NCBI GenBank assembly: GCA_963767415.1
Contig: CAVYEU010000095.1
Location: forward strand, 2,959 to 66,958
Length of the DNA: 64,000 bases
From: an uncultured Eubacteriales bacterium
Lineage (GTDB): Bacteria; Bacillota; Clostridia; Acetivibrionales; CAVYEU01
Reading direction: 5' to 3'
Positions 18,996 through 28,995 of this stretch are shown here, one piece after another. Made by a program: the position numbers and the translations under genes. Positions within the stretch are counted from its first letter, which is position 1. Each line of letters opens with the position of its first letter. The notes beneath the pieces were generated by a model. It searched no databases, was not told where the DNA came from, and worked only from the letters and a program-made list of their open reading frames with translations.

Positions 18996-20498
18996 TTGAA
19001 TGTGATTTTACAAGGAGGAATTTTTATAAAAAAGATACGAGCTTTCTTTTCGGATGCTATGTCTGACATCTTACAAACAAGTATTACAGATTATTACGAA
19101 AGAAGTCTCATTCCAGATTATTCATCAAAGTTCTGTACATCAAGTTTTTGGATTTCCAATATATCTCAAGCAAATAAAATCATATTAAATAAAAATAAAA
19201 TATTTAAATTAAATAAAATAAACACATCAAATTCGAATACTAATGTTGTTGATTTAACTATATTTGAACCTGAGATTTCAAAGACTATATTACTAGACCT
19301 CATACATAAATTTTCGATCCCATCGCAAGATAGATATATAAACGGAAAAAAAGTAGATCAAACATATTATAATAATCTAATTCAAAAAATGCACTTTTAT
19401 AGTCTAAATGAACCCATTAAGGTTCTTTTTGGGATTACTGTGAAAAGAACAGATATAAGATCTTTTCCAACTCAAGATAAAGGATTTGACTCTCCAGACG
19501 ATATTGAATTTGATTATTTTCAAGAATCAGCCTTAGAAATTGCTGAACCTTTAATAATATTACATGCAACAGATGATAAAGCCTGGTACTTTATTCGTTC
19601 TTCGAATTATCACGGATGGGTTCGTGCAAGTAATGTTGGAGTTTTTGACAACAAGAAAGACTGGTTAAATTATCTTAATCCCTCCCAATTTTTAATTATA
19701 ACCGCAAATAAACTAAAATTAGAAGTCAATCCCTATTCGAAAAAATTATCAGAACTCGAATTTGGAATGGGGGTAAAGCTACCATTAATTCTAGATTCCA
19801 ATACCGGGCAGATTATTGACAATCAAACAGCAACGTGTAGTTATACTTGCCGAGGTAATAATTTTTTAATGAGGCAAGTATTAACATGCACTAGCGGTTT
19901 CAAAAATGTTATTTTGAAACCTAGTGCAGTATATAAGGTAAAGATCCCAACACTAAGTGCTGATGGGAGGGTTGCATTAAATACTGTCCTAATACCCATA
20001 TCATCCGATGTATCTATCGGACACTTGGAGTATACTAGAGAAAATATTTTATCACAAGCATTTAAGTTATTAGGAGATAGATATGGTTGGGGTGGGATGT
20101 TCAGAAGCCGAGACTGTTCAGGTATAATTTTAGATATATTTAAGTGCTTTGGAATTATTTTACCAAGAAACACTTCTCAACAAGAATTATCAGCAGGTAA
20201 AACATATTTATTTGAAAATTTAGACGTTTTAGCCCGTAAAAAGATTTTAGACAAATTGTCTCCTGGAGCAGCATTATATATGAAAAATCACGTTGTACTA
20301 TTCCTTGGGAAATACGAAGACCGATACTATTGTATTCAAGCAATTTATGCATATGCTGATAAGCTCAAGCCAAATTCTGATGGGTCATTTGAAAAAATTA
20401 TTTTAAACAGTACAATTGTTACCACCCTTGATCTACCGCTAAAAAGGAATGGAAAGAGTATACTCGAAAATCTTATACTAGCCAAAATGTTTGAATAG
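18996..20498 (+). CDS. SH3-domain-containing NlpC/P60 (C40) peptidoglycan endopeptidase, YkfC-like
   Basis: C-terminal C40 catalytic region GDRYGWGGMFRSRDCSGIILDIFKCFGIILPRNTSQQ...NHVVLFLG with Cys/His. Start codon uncertain. The CDS holds one copy of a 95-bp repeated element at 19836-19932. Confidence 0.8.
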   Translation: MNVILQGGIFIKKIRAFFSDAMSDILQTSITDYYERSLIPDYSSKFCTSSFWISNISQANKIILNKNKIFKLNKINTSNSNTNVVDLTIFEPEISKTILLDLIHKFSIPSQDRYINGKKVDQTYYNNLIQKMHFYSLNEPIKVLFGITVKRTDIRSFPTQDKGFDSPDDIEFDYFQESALEIAEPLIILHATDDKAWYFIRSSNYHGWVRASNVGVFDNKKDWLNYLNPSQFLIITANKLKLEVNPYSKKLSELEFGMGVKLPLILDSNTGQIIDNQTATCSYTCRGNNFLMRQVLTCTSGFKNVILKPSAVYKVKIPTLSADGRVALNTVLIPISSDVSIGHLEYTRENILSQAFKLLGDRYGWGGMFRSRDCSGIILDIFKCFGIILPRNTSQQELSAGKTYLFENLDVLARKKILDKLSPGAALYMKNHVVLFLGKYEDRYYCIQAIYAYADKLKPNSDGSFEKIILNSTIVTTLDLPLKRNGKSILENLILAKMFE

Positions 20499-20517
20499 TA
20501 ATTATTTTAAATAGGTC

Positions 20518-20548
20518 GAAAAAGTTTGCTTTTCTGGCAAACTTTTTT
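20518..20548 (+). terminator. terminator after the NlpC/P60 gene
   Basis: AAAGTTTGC-TTTTCTG-GCAAACTTT followed by TTTT. Confidence 0.6.
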
Positions 20549-20640
20549 ATATAATACATCTTAGTAGAAAAGGTTTAGCGAGAATTCTGTTTTCTTACAG
20601 TTTGCCCAGTATTATAATATATGAATTAAGGTGGAATAGT

Positions 20641-21288
20641 ATGAATAGTAATAAGAAGGTTTCAATGGCAGTTATTAAAAGGTTGCCAAGATATTGTAGA
20701 TATCTTGAGGATCTGTTAAAAATTGGAATAATGAGAATCTCATCAAGAGAGCTTAGTGAAAGAATGGGAATTACTGCATCACAAATTAGGCAAGATCTCA
20801 ATTGTTTTGGTGGATTTGGGCAGCAAGGATATGGATATAATGTAGAAAGCTTATACAATCAGATTGGCATAATATTAGGCTTGAATAATAATTATAAATT
20901 TATAATTATTGGTGCAGGAAACATAGGGCAAGCAGTTGCTCACTACACTAATTTTAAGAAGCGGAACTTTAGTTGTGTCGGAATCTTCGATGTAAAACTA
21001 GAACTAATAGGGAAAATAATTAATTCAATTCAGATTATGCACATTGATATGCTTGAAAGCTTTGTTAAAGATAATAAAGTTAATATCGCTATGCTGTGTG
21101 TTCCATACGCAGAAACCCGTAAGCTTGCAGATAAAGTAGCACGCTTAGGAATTAAGGGGCTTTGGAATTTTTCTCCTATGGATCTAGAATTACCTTATGA
21201 TGTAATAATAGAGAACGTTCATCTTGGTGATAGTCTTATGGTTTTAGGCTATAGGCTAAGTAAGATGTTAGAAGAACAGGCACGTTGA
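20641..21288 (+). CDS. rex: redox-sensing transcriptional repressor Rex
   Basis: AVIKRLPRYCRYLEDL (wHTH) and Rossmann GAGNIGQAV; aligns with B. subtilis Rex. ATG at 20641 follows an AAGGTGG RBS; the ORF track starts earlier. Confidence 0.85.
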   Translation: MNSNKKVSMAVIKRLPRYCRYLEDLLKIGIMRISSRELSERMGITASQIRQDLNCFGGFGQQGYGYNVESLYNQIGIILGLNNNYKFIIIGAGNIGQAVAHYTNFKKRNFSCVGIFDVKLELIGKIINSIQIMHIDMLESFVKDNKVNIAMLCVPYAETRKLADKVARLGIKGLWNFSPMDLELPYDVIIENVHLGDSLMVLGYRLSKMLEEQAR

Positions 21289-21300
21289 AAAAAATATTTT

Positions 21301-22047
21301 CTACACTCCTATTCTTTTTATCATTTTATTATGTGCTAAGAGTTCGAATTCATCGTTTAATGTTTCAAGCCTAATATCTTCATTATATTTTTGTTTCAAA
21401 GCTATAGCTATAAGATGGTCTGTAAGTAAAGGATTTTTGGGAAGTAAACTCCCATGAGAATATGAACAGTATACATTTTTGTATATTGCACCTTCGTAAC
21501 CATCCTCTCCATTATTTCCGTAACCCTTTAGTATCTTACCTAAAGGCTTTATACTATCACCTAAATAAGTCTTTCCAGAATGATTTTCAAATCCAACAAT
21601 TTTGTTATTCTCATTAGTGCAATCTAGGAACTCACATTCGAAAACGAAATTTCCTATCATCCTGTTACGGCTTCCAATCGTCCACAAATCTAAAACGCCT
21701 AAAAATTCAATCTCTTTCCCATCCCAAGTTTTATAGTACTTCCCAAGCATTTGATAACCACCACATATACATAGAAATACCTTATTGTTTTCAACTGCAT
21801 TCTTAATCTCATCAGCTTTTTTATTTAATATATCGTCCTGGATTATCTCTTGTTCAAAGTCTTGCCCTCCACCTAAGAAAACAATATCATAGTTCTCTGA
21901 CATAAAATCGTCTGAAAGACTTATATTAAATATATTTACATTAATTTCTCTCCACTCGCATCGTTTCTTTAAGGCAATAATATTTCCTCTATCACCATAT
22001 AAGTTCAATAGATCAGGGTACAAATGGCATATGTTTAGTTCATACAT
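21301..22047 (-). CDS. gatD: lipid II isoglutaminyl synthase glutaminase subunit (CobB/CobQ-like GATase)
   Basis: 248 aa GATase1-like with FLCICGGYQMLG; immediately downstream of murT. Confidence 0.75.
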   Translation of the reverse strand: MYELNICHLYPDLLNLYGDRGNIIALKKRCEWREINVNIFNISLSDDFMSENYDIVFLGGGQDFEQEIIQDDILNKKADEIKNAVENNKVFLCICGGYQMLGKYYKTWDGKEIEFLGVLDLWTIGSRNRMIGNFVFECEFLDCTNENNKIVGFENHSGKTYLGDSIKPLGKILKGYGNNGEDGYEGAIYKNVYCSYSHGSLLPKNPLLTDHLIAIALKQKYNEDIRLETLNDEFELLAHNKMIKRIGV

Positions 22048-23471
22048 TTATTCCCAAAACTCCTTTAGGTTGAATTTTTGTTGCAATATCTTTCTTATCT
22101 TTAACATTGCAGTATATGTTGGAAGAATAAATAAATTATATTTAGTATTTTCATTGTTTTTTATCGGATTCAATATAGTTTTTTGCAAAAGAATATTAAA
22201 ATTATCTTCAATTTCGATTTTCTTTGTTTGGATTCCGGAATATTTAAGTCTTACAGCCAAATCCTCACCCCTTGTTCCGCAAGTATAGGTATTATTTAAT
22301 GAATCCTCAATCTCAACAAGCTTTTCAAAATCTACATCCCAAAGCCAAGATATATCAGTACCATCTGCAAGGTTATCGTTTATAATAAATACAATATCAC
22401 ACTGAGCAGCCTTATTAATAAGATAACTAATAACTTGGTTAAATCCCGTCGGATTCTTAACAAGAATTATTTTTATCGTTCCATTGCCAACATTGATAGT
22501 CTCCATTCTACCAAAGCTACATTCAAAATTCATTAGCGCATTTATTATACTTTTAATATTAATGTCTAACATAACTCCAAGAGAAATAGCTGCAAGTGAA
22601 TTATAAACATTATAAAGACCTGGTAAATTTATCTTTGCCTCATATTCGCAAACCTCTTCATCAGCTAGCTTATTATCTATGGTAAACTTGATTCTAGAAG
22701 CTTCGTCAGATTCATCTAAAACACTTGTACAAGTGATATTTGCCTCTGGCCTTTCATACCCACAGTTATTGCAAATAAAATGTCCTAAATGGCCATAAGT
22801 CCGGTGGGTATAGTCATATTTATGCTTACAGTATATACAATAGGATGCATCTGCATTAACTATTTGTTCGGTATTATTAATTAAAATATCGGATAAACCA
22901 AAGTAAAATACTTCATCTGTATGATCTTTATTCAATGATACACACAAAGAATCATCAGCATTTAAAATAAGCTTAAGTGTATCACATTTTTTTATCCCTT
23001 CAAAAACACCATTTAGTGTCGTATATAGTTCTCCATATCGATCTAATTGATCTCTAAAAAAATTCGTAACCACCAGAATATCTGGTTTAATATAATTCGT
23101 AACTAAATTAAATGCTGCTTCATCTATCTCAATTAAAGCATGAGATTTTTTACTCTTTCCTAAATAATCTGTATCCTCAATAAAGGTCGAGATTATTCCT
23201 CCAAAAAGATTCGAACCTGATTTATTTGTTATAAAGCTGATACCAGCTTCTACTAAAATTTGGTTTATAATTTTTGTTGTAGTCGTCTTCCCGTTTGTTC
23301 CTGTAATCATAATTATTTTAATATCTCTTGAAATCTCTTGAATAATATTAGGATAGATCCTTCTTGCAATTTTTCCAGGGAAAGATGTTCCACCAAAATG
23401 AAAAACCCGGCATAATTTCATAATAATCTTTGCTGTTACTATCGAAAAACTTAATCTAACGTTGAAGTTCA
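22048..23471 (-). CDS. murT: lipid II isoglutaminyl synthase, Mur-ligase-like subunit MurT (Mur ligase + DUF1727)
   Basis: GGTSFPGKIARRI, P-loop ITGTNGKTTTTK and a C-terminal Cys cluster. Likely start at MNFNVRL (ATG at 23471) after an AAGGAAG RBS. Confidence 0.8.
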
Positions 23472-23666
23472 TAAACTGTTCTTCCTTATTAAATAAAAAT
23501 ATAAGCCACAATTGAGGGCTCTTCGAAAACGTGCATTGTTATTTTAAGAGTCCTAGATAGAATTATACCACACATTTTTTAATACATCCTCTAATATGAT
23601 TTTTTTAATAAATGACGATATATATTTATATATTTTACAAATAATGATTTAAGAGGATACTTTTTT

Positions 23667-23888
23667 ATGTTATCAAAAGTAAAAGTTTTATTTAGAGATG
23701 GTCATTCAGAAGACTTAATATTGTCTGAAAATGATTTAGTAAATTATATGAAAGAAAATAGACATATAGTCTCTGTGTCATATTCTGAAGTAGATGATTT
23801 TGGTGCATTTAATAAAAAACTGAATAAAATAGATATTGTCGATAATGGTGATGGAATACACATTAAATTAAAAAAACCACAGCAATAA
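23667..23888 (+). CDS. small hypothetical protein (73 aa)
   Basis: ORF with an AGAGGA RBS; no family recognised. Confidence 0.3.
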   Translation: MLSKVKVLFRDGHSEDLILSENDLVNYMKENRHIVSVSYSEVDDFGAFNKKLNKIDIVDNGDGIHIKLKKPQQ

Positions 23889-23946
23889 ATTAAAATATTT
23901 ACTTGCTATTTGCGGCATTCCTATTTTTATATCTTATAATAGACAT

Positions 23947-25812
23947 TTATTCTTTAATCGTGTTTAATGCAACTTCATCTCTTGACATCTGTAATGGCAT
24001 TGTAGCTATAACGATATGTTTATGCCTTAATAACTGTTTTTCTACATACGCCCTGGTATGATTGTGCAAGATCTTATGCCACCAAGATTTAACACCAAAT
24101 TCTGGAAGAATCACAGTTATCATGTCACCTTTTTTATAGTCATACTCTACAGATTCAATAAATTTGAGTAGTGGCTCAACGATTTTTCTAAATGGAGAAT
24201 ACTTTACAACTAAAGGTATATCTGTATTAATCTGTCTCCATGTACTTTCTATCCTGTCTCTACCTTCCTCATCTATTGATATATTAAATGCAACAACATT
24301 ATCTGAAATCGTTTTAGCATAGCGCAATGCTCTAATACTAGCTTTATTTACTCCTTGTATTGGGACAATAACACGATTCCTATAGTTTGTATTTGAAATA
24401 TCTACCTGAGATAATTCTTCGGGTTTTATCCTAAGTTGCTTTGATATAGCAGTATAATGATTCTTAACCTTTTTCATTATAATAACAAGTATTGGAATTA
24501 GGATTACTACGATCCATGCACCTTCATTAAATTTTGAAACAGCAATTATAGCTACTACAATAAAAGTAACCAATGATCCAAACCCATTAATAATTGCTTT
24601 TATTATCCAATTCTTTCCCTTATGTCTATTCCATTTTAAAAACATACCAAATTGAGATAGTGTGAAAGAAATAAAAACCCCAACAGCGTACAATCCAATC
24701 AACGATGTTACATTAGCCCTAAATAACGTAATTAACAGAGTCGCTATCGCTGATAAAATAATTATTCCATTTGAATAACTAAGTCTATCTCCTTTTATTG
24801 TTAACTGTCTTGGAGCGTATCCCTCATATGCCATAATAGATACAAGCAATGGGAACCCTGAATATGCAGTATTCGCAGCCATAATCAATATAATAAATGT
24901 TGTTGCTGTAACATAATAAAACATAAAATTATTTCCAAAAATTAGTTCTGCAATCTGAATAAGCACTGCCCCGTTTTCGGGTACCACATGATATATATTT
25001 GCAAGAATTGAAGTTCCACCAAACAATAACAGTACTACTAAGGAAAGTAAAATCAATACTGTTTTTGCATATTTTACTGAAGGACTTTTAAATGCTGGAA
25101 CAGCATTACTTACAGCCTCAACACCAGTAAGTGCAGTACATCCACTTGAAAAAGCCTTTAGAAGTAAAATCAAAGTAATAGGTTGTCCAATCGACCGTAT
25201 TGTTGGTTCAGGAGGAACAAAACCCATTTTATACTTTATTATCCCAAGTATTATCATACCAAGAATCCCAAAGATGAATGCATAAGCAGGAATTCCAAAC
25301 ATACGTGATGATTCACGTACTCCTCTTAAATTACCAACCATTAAAATCGAAACCATAAAGATACATATTAATACTGTATATGGACAAAGTGAAGTAAATG
25401 CAGAGGTTATTTGTTCTACCCCTGAGGACACACTAACTGCAACCGTTAATATATAATCAATTGATAATGCTGCACCTGCTATAATTCCAGCTGTTGCACC
25501 AATATTATCTTTCGCAACAATATATGCACCGCCACCATTAGGGTAATTGTCAATTGTTTGGGTATAAGACAAAGTCAACAAAATCAAAAGACCTATTATC
25601 GCTAATGATATATAGGTCAGTTGAGAATACGCTAAAAGCCCTATAGCTGGGATTAAAACCAGCAATATTTCTTGTCCTGCGTAGGCAACCGAAGAAATCG
25701 CATCGCTTGATAAAATCGGCAAGCCCCAAAGGACATTATATTTTTCATCATTCATTAATTCATTTTTTAAAGGTCTTCCAATCACAACTCTTTTTAGTTC
25801 CTTAACAGTCAT
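23947..25812 (-). CDS. kimA: KimA/YdaO-family K+ importer (APC superfamily, C-terminal cytoplasmic domain)
   Basis: 621 aa. Aligns along its whole length with B. subtilis KimA (GRPLKN...LSSDAISSVAYAGQEIL...YPNGGGAYIVAKDNIG...LLKAFSSGCTALTGVEAVSNAVPAFK...KNHYTAISKQLRI...WHKILHNH). Confidence 0.8.
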   Translation of the reverse strand: MTVKELKRVVIGRPLKNELMNDEKYNVLWGLPILSSDAISSVAYAGQEILLVLIPAIGLLAYSQLTYISLAIIGLLILLTLSYTQTIDNYPNGGGAYIVAKDNIGATAGIIAGAALSIDYILTVAVSVSSGVEQITSAFTSLCPYTVLICIFMVSILMVGNLRGVRESSRMFGIPAYAFIFGILGMIILGIIKYKMGFVPPEPTIRSIGQPITLILLLKAFSSGCTALTGVEAVSNAVPAFKSPSVKYAKTVLILLSLVVLLLFGGTSILANIYHVVPENGAVLIQIAELIFGNNFMFYYVTATTFIILIMAANTAYSGFPLLVSIMAYEGYAPRQLTIKGDRLSYSNGIIILSAIATLLITLFRANVTSLIGLYAVGVFISFTLSQFGMFLKWNRHKGKNWIIKAIINGFGSLVTFIVVAIIAVSKFNEGAWIVVILIPILVIIMKKVKNHYTAISKQLRIKPEELSQVDISNTNYRNRVIVPIQGVNKASIRALRYAKTISDNVVAFNISIDEEGRDRIESTWRQINTDIPLVVKYSPFRKIVEPLLKFIESVEYDYKKGDMITVILPEFGVKSWWHKILHNHTRAYVEKQLLRHKHIVIATMPLQMSRDEVALNTIKE

Positions 25813-25841
25813 ATTTACTTAATCCACCTTAATACTCTATT

Positions 25842-25904
25842 TAGGAACAGCTAAATAATAAATTTCTAGCTTTAAAAACCGGTTTTATTATTTAGCTGTT
25901 CCTA
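25842..25904 (-). promoter_or_regulatory. 21-bp perfect-stem hairpin in the kimA 5' leader (attenuator/terminator candidate)
   Basis: TAGGAACAGCTAAATAATAAA-21 nt loop-TTTATTATTTAGCTGTTCCTA. On the minus strand it lies between a TTGATA-16-TATTAT promoter and the kimA RBS (AAGGTGG). Confidence 0.5.
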
Positions 25905-25929
25905 GGGTATATTTTTAGTGCCTTTATCA

Positions 25930-25957
25930 ATAATACACTATACATAAAGTATATCAA
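25930..25957 (-). promoter_or_regulatory. sigma-A-type promoter for kimA (TTGATA-16-TATTAT on minus strand)
   Basis: Read on the minus strand: TTGATA, 16-nt spacer, TATTAT. Confidence 0.45.
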
Positions 25958-26185
25958 CAGTTAAAGTTAATAATGATATTTGCAATCTACCCTAAATATT
26001 GTACACTAATATCTTAAATAAACCATAAAAATTTTTATATAATTTGTGCAATTTTTACATATGATATTACTATTTAGAGATCGTAGGGGGATCTTTGAGG
26101 GAAGTCTTCAAGCTGTCGTAAGATCTATAACCCTGCTTGCCACCTTAGGTAACCGCAGGGTCTGAATAATGACTATAAAAATTAT

Positions 26186-26920
26186 CTATTTTTTAAAATA
26201 CTCCTTAATTCCTTCAAAAATTGCAGTAGCTACTTTGTCCTGGTACTCTCTTGTTACAAGCAATTTCTCTTCATTTGGGTTAGATAAAAACCCGCATTCA
26301 ACGATTGAGATTATTGCCTTATTATTATTCAAAATGATTATCGGTTCCTTTTTTTCTAAAGCAGTTCGTTTATTATTTGGATCAACTGATCTTTTTATCG
26401 AATCTTGTAAACATAAAGCGAGCCTTTGACTTTGTGGTGAATTTGAGGGATAAAACGTTTGAGCTCCACTATATTTACCTTCAGGAAATTTATTTAAATG
26501 TATACTTACAACAATATCAGTTGCTTCATCGTCCATCATTTTTTTCCTTCTCAATAGATCTTGTTTCCTTTTTTGAACTATTCCCTTTGTTTCTGACTGG
26601 TATTCTAATCTATCTTCTTCTCTAGTCATTAAAACTTTATAATTTTCAGTAGTTAATAAATCCCTTAGTCTTTTTGCAATATACAAGTTTACATCTTTCT
26701 CTTTAAGTCCACTAAAGTCACTCACTGCTCCCGGATCTTCCCCTCCATGTCCAGGATCAATTAACACTATTTTGGATTTAATTTCGGTATTTGTAGTTAC
26801 TGCTGATGAAACATCATGAATAAACTCTATTCCATACAGAACTAAAGATAATAAGATGATAAGTAACGTAAATATAACTCTATTCTTCTTAAAAATTAAG
26901 ATCATACTCTCATACCTCAT
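26186..26920 (-). CDS. cwlD: N-acetylmuramoyl-L-alanine amidase, CwlD-like (germination-specific)
   Basis: Signal/TM, then Amidase_3 motifs (IVLIDPGHGGEDPGA...ADIVVSIHLN...IIVECGFLSNPNE). Confidence 0.8.
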   Translation of the reverse strand: MRYESMILIFKKNRVIFTLLIILLSLVLYGIEFIHDVSSAVTTNTEIKSKIVLIDPGHGGEDPGAVSDFSGLKEKDVNLYIAKRLRDLLTTENYKVLMTREEDRLEYQSETKGIVQKRKQDLLRRKKMMDDEATDIVVSIHLNKFPEGKYSGAQTFYPSNSPQSQRLALCLQDSIKRSVDPNNKRTALEKKEPIIILNNNKAIISIVECGFLSNPNEEKLLVTREYQDKVATAIFEGIKEYFKK

Positions 26921-26993
26921 TTTAAATGTTTATTAATATAAATATTACTAGAGGTATGTTTTTATTACAAAAATCTTTTCTCTTTTTGAAATA

Positions 26994-27133
26994 GCAAAGC
27001 AATAGAGAGGCAAGACAAGACAAGGGAGGTGGAGTGACAGGGGACGGTTCTTTGACACACATGCATGTGTGTCAAAGAACCGTCCCCTGTCACTCCACCT
27101 CCCTTGTCTTGTCTTGCCTCTCTATTGCTTTGC
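26994..27133. repeat. perfect 140-bp palindrome (70-bp arms), GC-rich
   Basis: GCAAAGCAATAGAGAGGCAAGACAAGACAAGGGAGGTGGAGTGACAGGGGACGGTTCTTTGACACACATGCAT and its exact reverse complement, centred at 27063/27064; verified base by base. It overlaps the last codons of capD. Confidence 0.9.
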
Positions 27134-28957
27134 GCAAGTATAACTTGGAACAATAAGACTTATATACTCCATTGCCTGGTCGGAATTTGTCATAATTTTT
27201 TCTTTAAGTTCTTCTATTTCATGTCTTAAAAGCCCTAAATCTGTAAGTATTGGTTTTGCAACAAATATCTTATTATTCTTTGTTTTCCCTAAATCCTCTC
27301 CTTCAATCACTAATTCTTCATATAGCTTCTCTCCTGGTCTAAGTCCAGTAAACTGTATTTCAATATCATCCGTCTTAAATCCCGAGAGCCTAATCAAATT
27401 TTTCGCCAAATCATATATTTTAACTGGCTCGCCCATATCAAGTACAAAGATTTCTCCTCCTTTTGCCATTGCACCAGCTTGTACAACAAGTTGGACAGCC
27501 TCACATATAGTCATAAAAAATCTAGTTATATCTGGATGAGTTACTGTTACAGGACCACCATACTCAATCTGTTTTTTAAATAAGGGAATTACGCTTCCGC
27601 TACTTCCTAGAACATTGCCGAATCGGACCGCAACAAATTCGGTCTTGCTATGCCTATTTAGTGCTTGTATTATCATTTCTGCTACTCTTTTTGTAGCTCC
27701 CATGATATTGGTTGGATTAACAGCTTTGTCAGTTGATACTAAGACAAACTTTTTTACCCCATATTTATCAGAACACTCTGCTAAATTTTGTGTACCAAAG
27801 ACATTATTTCTTATAGCCTCTGTAGGGTTTAATTCCATTAATGGCACATGCTTATGCGCTGCAGCATGAAATACTACATCAGGATTCAATCTTTCAAATA
27901 TATCGTCAATCCTATGCTTTTCTCTAATATTAGCTATTTTCGCATCCAATTTCAAGTTTGGATACTTGCACAACAACTCGTTTTGTATTTCAAATACATT
28001 GTTCTCATTATTATCCAGAATGATTAGTTGCTTTGGGTTAAATGATGCTATTTGTCTACAAAGCTCAGAACCTATAGAGCCACCACCACCAGTCACCATT
28101 ACGACTTGATCTCTCAAATATGATGATATCTCATCAATATCTAAATCCACAGGCTCACGTAACAGGAGATCTTCAATGTCGACATCTCTTATTTTTTGTA
28201 TAACAACCGATTCGTCTATCAATTCTGACATAGACGGAAGAATCTTGACCTTGCAATACGTTTTTGAACATTCACTATAAATCTCATTTATATCCCGGTT
28301 GCTAGCTTTTGGCAATGCGATTATAACTTCACTTATCTTTAGATCTTCAATAACATGCAGTATATCATTACTGGTGCCAACAATTGGCACTCCATTTATT
28401 AGTTTTCCAACCTTGTATTTGTCATCATCAATGATCGCGATAGGTTTACTCATAAGCTCGTGATGCGCTTTTAATTCTTTAATTATTGCAGCTCCTGCAT
28501 CACTTCCTCCAATTATAAGTATCCTTTTATAATTACCAAAAGACCCTATCTGCTTAAGTCTAATTCTTCTAAACACTCTATAAGCAAATCTTACTCCTCC
28601 CACTAAAAAGATATCTACTAAAAAGGCTATTATAAATATACTTCTTGGTATATAAATTCTAGAAATGAAAATATAACTAATAACAATAGCATTACTAACA
28701 AAAGACACCAAAACTATTGTTACCAGTTCAAATATCCCTGCATATTGCCATAGACTGTTGTATAGTTTGAACGCTAAGAAACAAATTATTTTTATAACAG
28801 TTGCAATCAATAGTATTTCAAAAAATGAATTATGGAATTCCTCAGGGATACTCCAAAATGAGAAATCAAACCTTATTAAATATGATATACAAATTGAAAT
28901 ATTAATAAGCAGAATATCTAATAATATCAATAACTTTGTTCTTATCTTATGTCTCAA
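27122..28957 (-). CDS. membrane-anchored polysaccharide biosynthesis protein CapD/PglF-like (NDP-sugar 4,6-dehydratase)
   Basis: 611 aa; N-terminal TM helices; two Rossmann regions (ILIIGGSDAG.., VMVTGGGGSIGSEL); CapD-like length and layout. Confidence 0.85.
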   Translation of the reverse strand: MRHKIRTKLLILLDILLINISICISYLIRFDFSFWSIPEEFHNSFFEILLIATVIKIICFLAFKLYNSLWQYAGIFELVTIVLVSFVSNAIVISYIFISRIYIPRSIFIIAFLVDIFLVGGVRFAYRVFRRIRLKQIGSFGNYKRILIIGGSDAGAAIIKELKAHHELMSKPIAIIDDDKYKVGKLINGVPIVGTSNDILHVIEDLKISEVIIALPKASNRDINEIYSECSKTYCKVKILPSMSELIDESVVIQKIRDVDIEDLLLREPVDLDIDEISSYLRDQVVMVTGGGGSIGSELCRQIASFNPKQLIILDNNENNVFEIQNELLCKYPNLKLDAKIANIREKHRIDDIFERLNPDVVFHAAAHKHVPLMELNPTEAIRNNVFGTQNLAECSDKYGVKKFVLVSTDKAVNPTNIMGATKRVAEMIIQALNRHSKTEFVAVRFGNVLGSSGSVIPLFKKQIEYGGPVTVTHPDITRFFMTICEAVQLVVQAGAMAKGGEIFVLDMGEPVKIYDLAKNLIRLSGFKTDDIEIQFTGLRPGEKLYEELVIEGEDLGKTKNNKIFVAKPILTDLGLLRHEIEELKEKIMTNSDQAMEYISLIVPSYTCAKQ

Positions 28958-28995
28958 AGGATTTCACCTGCTTTTATTGTTATTATTATGCGTTT

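Noticed and set aside
26070-26165. A c-di-AMP (ydaO) riboswitch for kimA
   Set aside because: The G-rich blocks are on the plus strand, antisense to kimA. They also do not follow the ydaO order (no ...ACCCGA.CCGA.AGCUAACC.CGUAAGCG 3' block). Kept only as an unexplained GC-rich candidate structured element.
26965-27153. 62-aa ORF (MFQVILAQSNREARQDKGGGVTGDG...)
   Set aside because: It lies entirely within the 140-bp perfect palindrome and is an artefact of the GC-rich inverted repeat.
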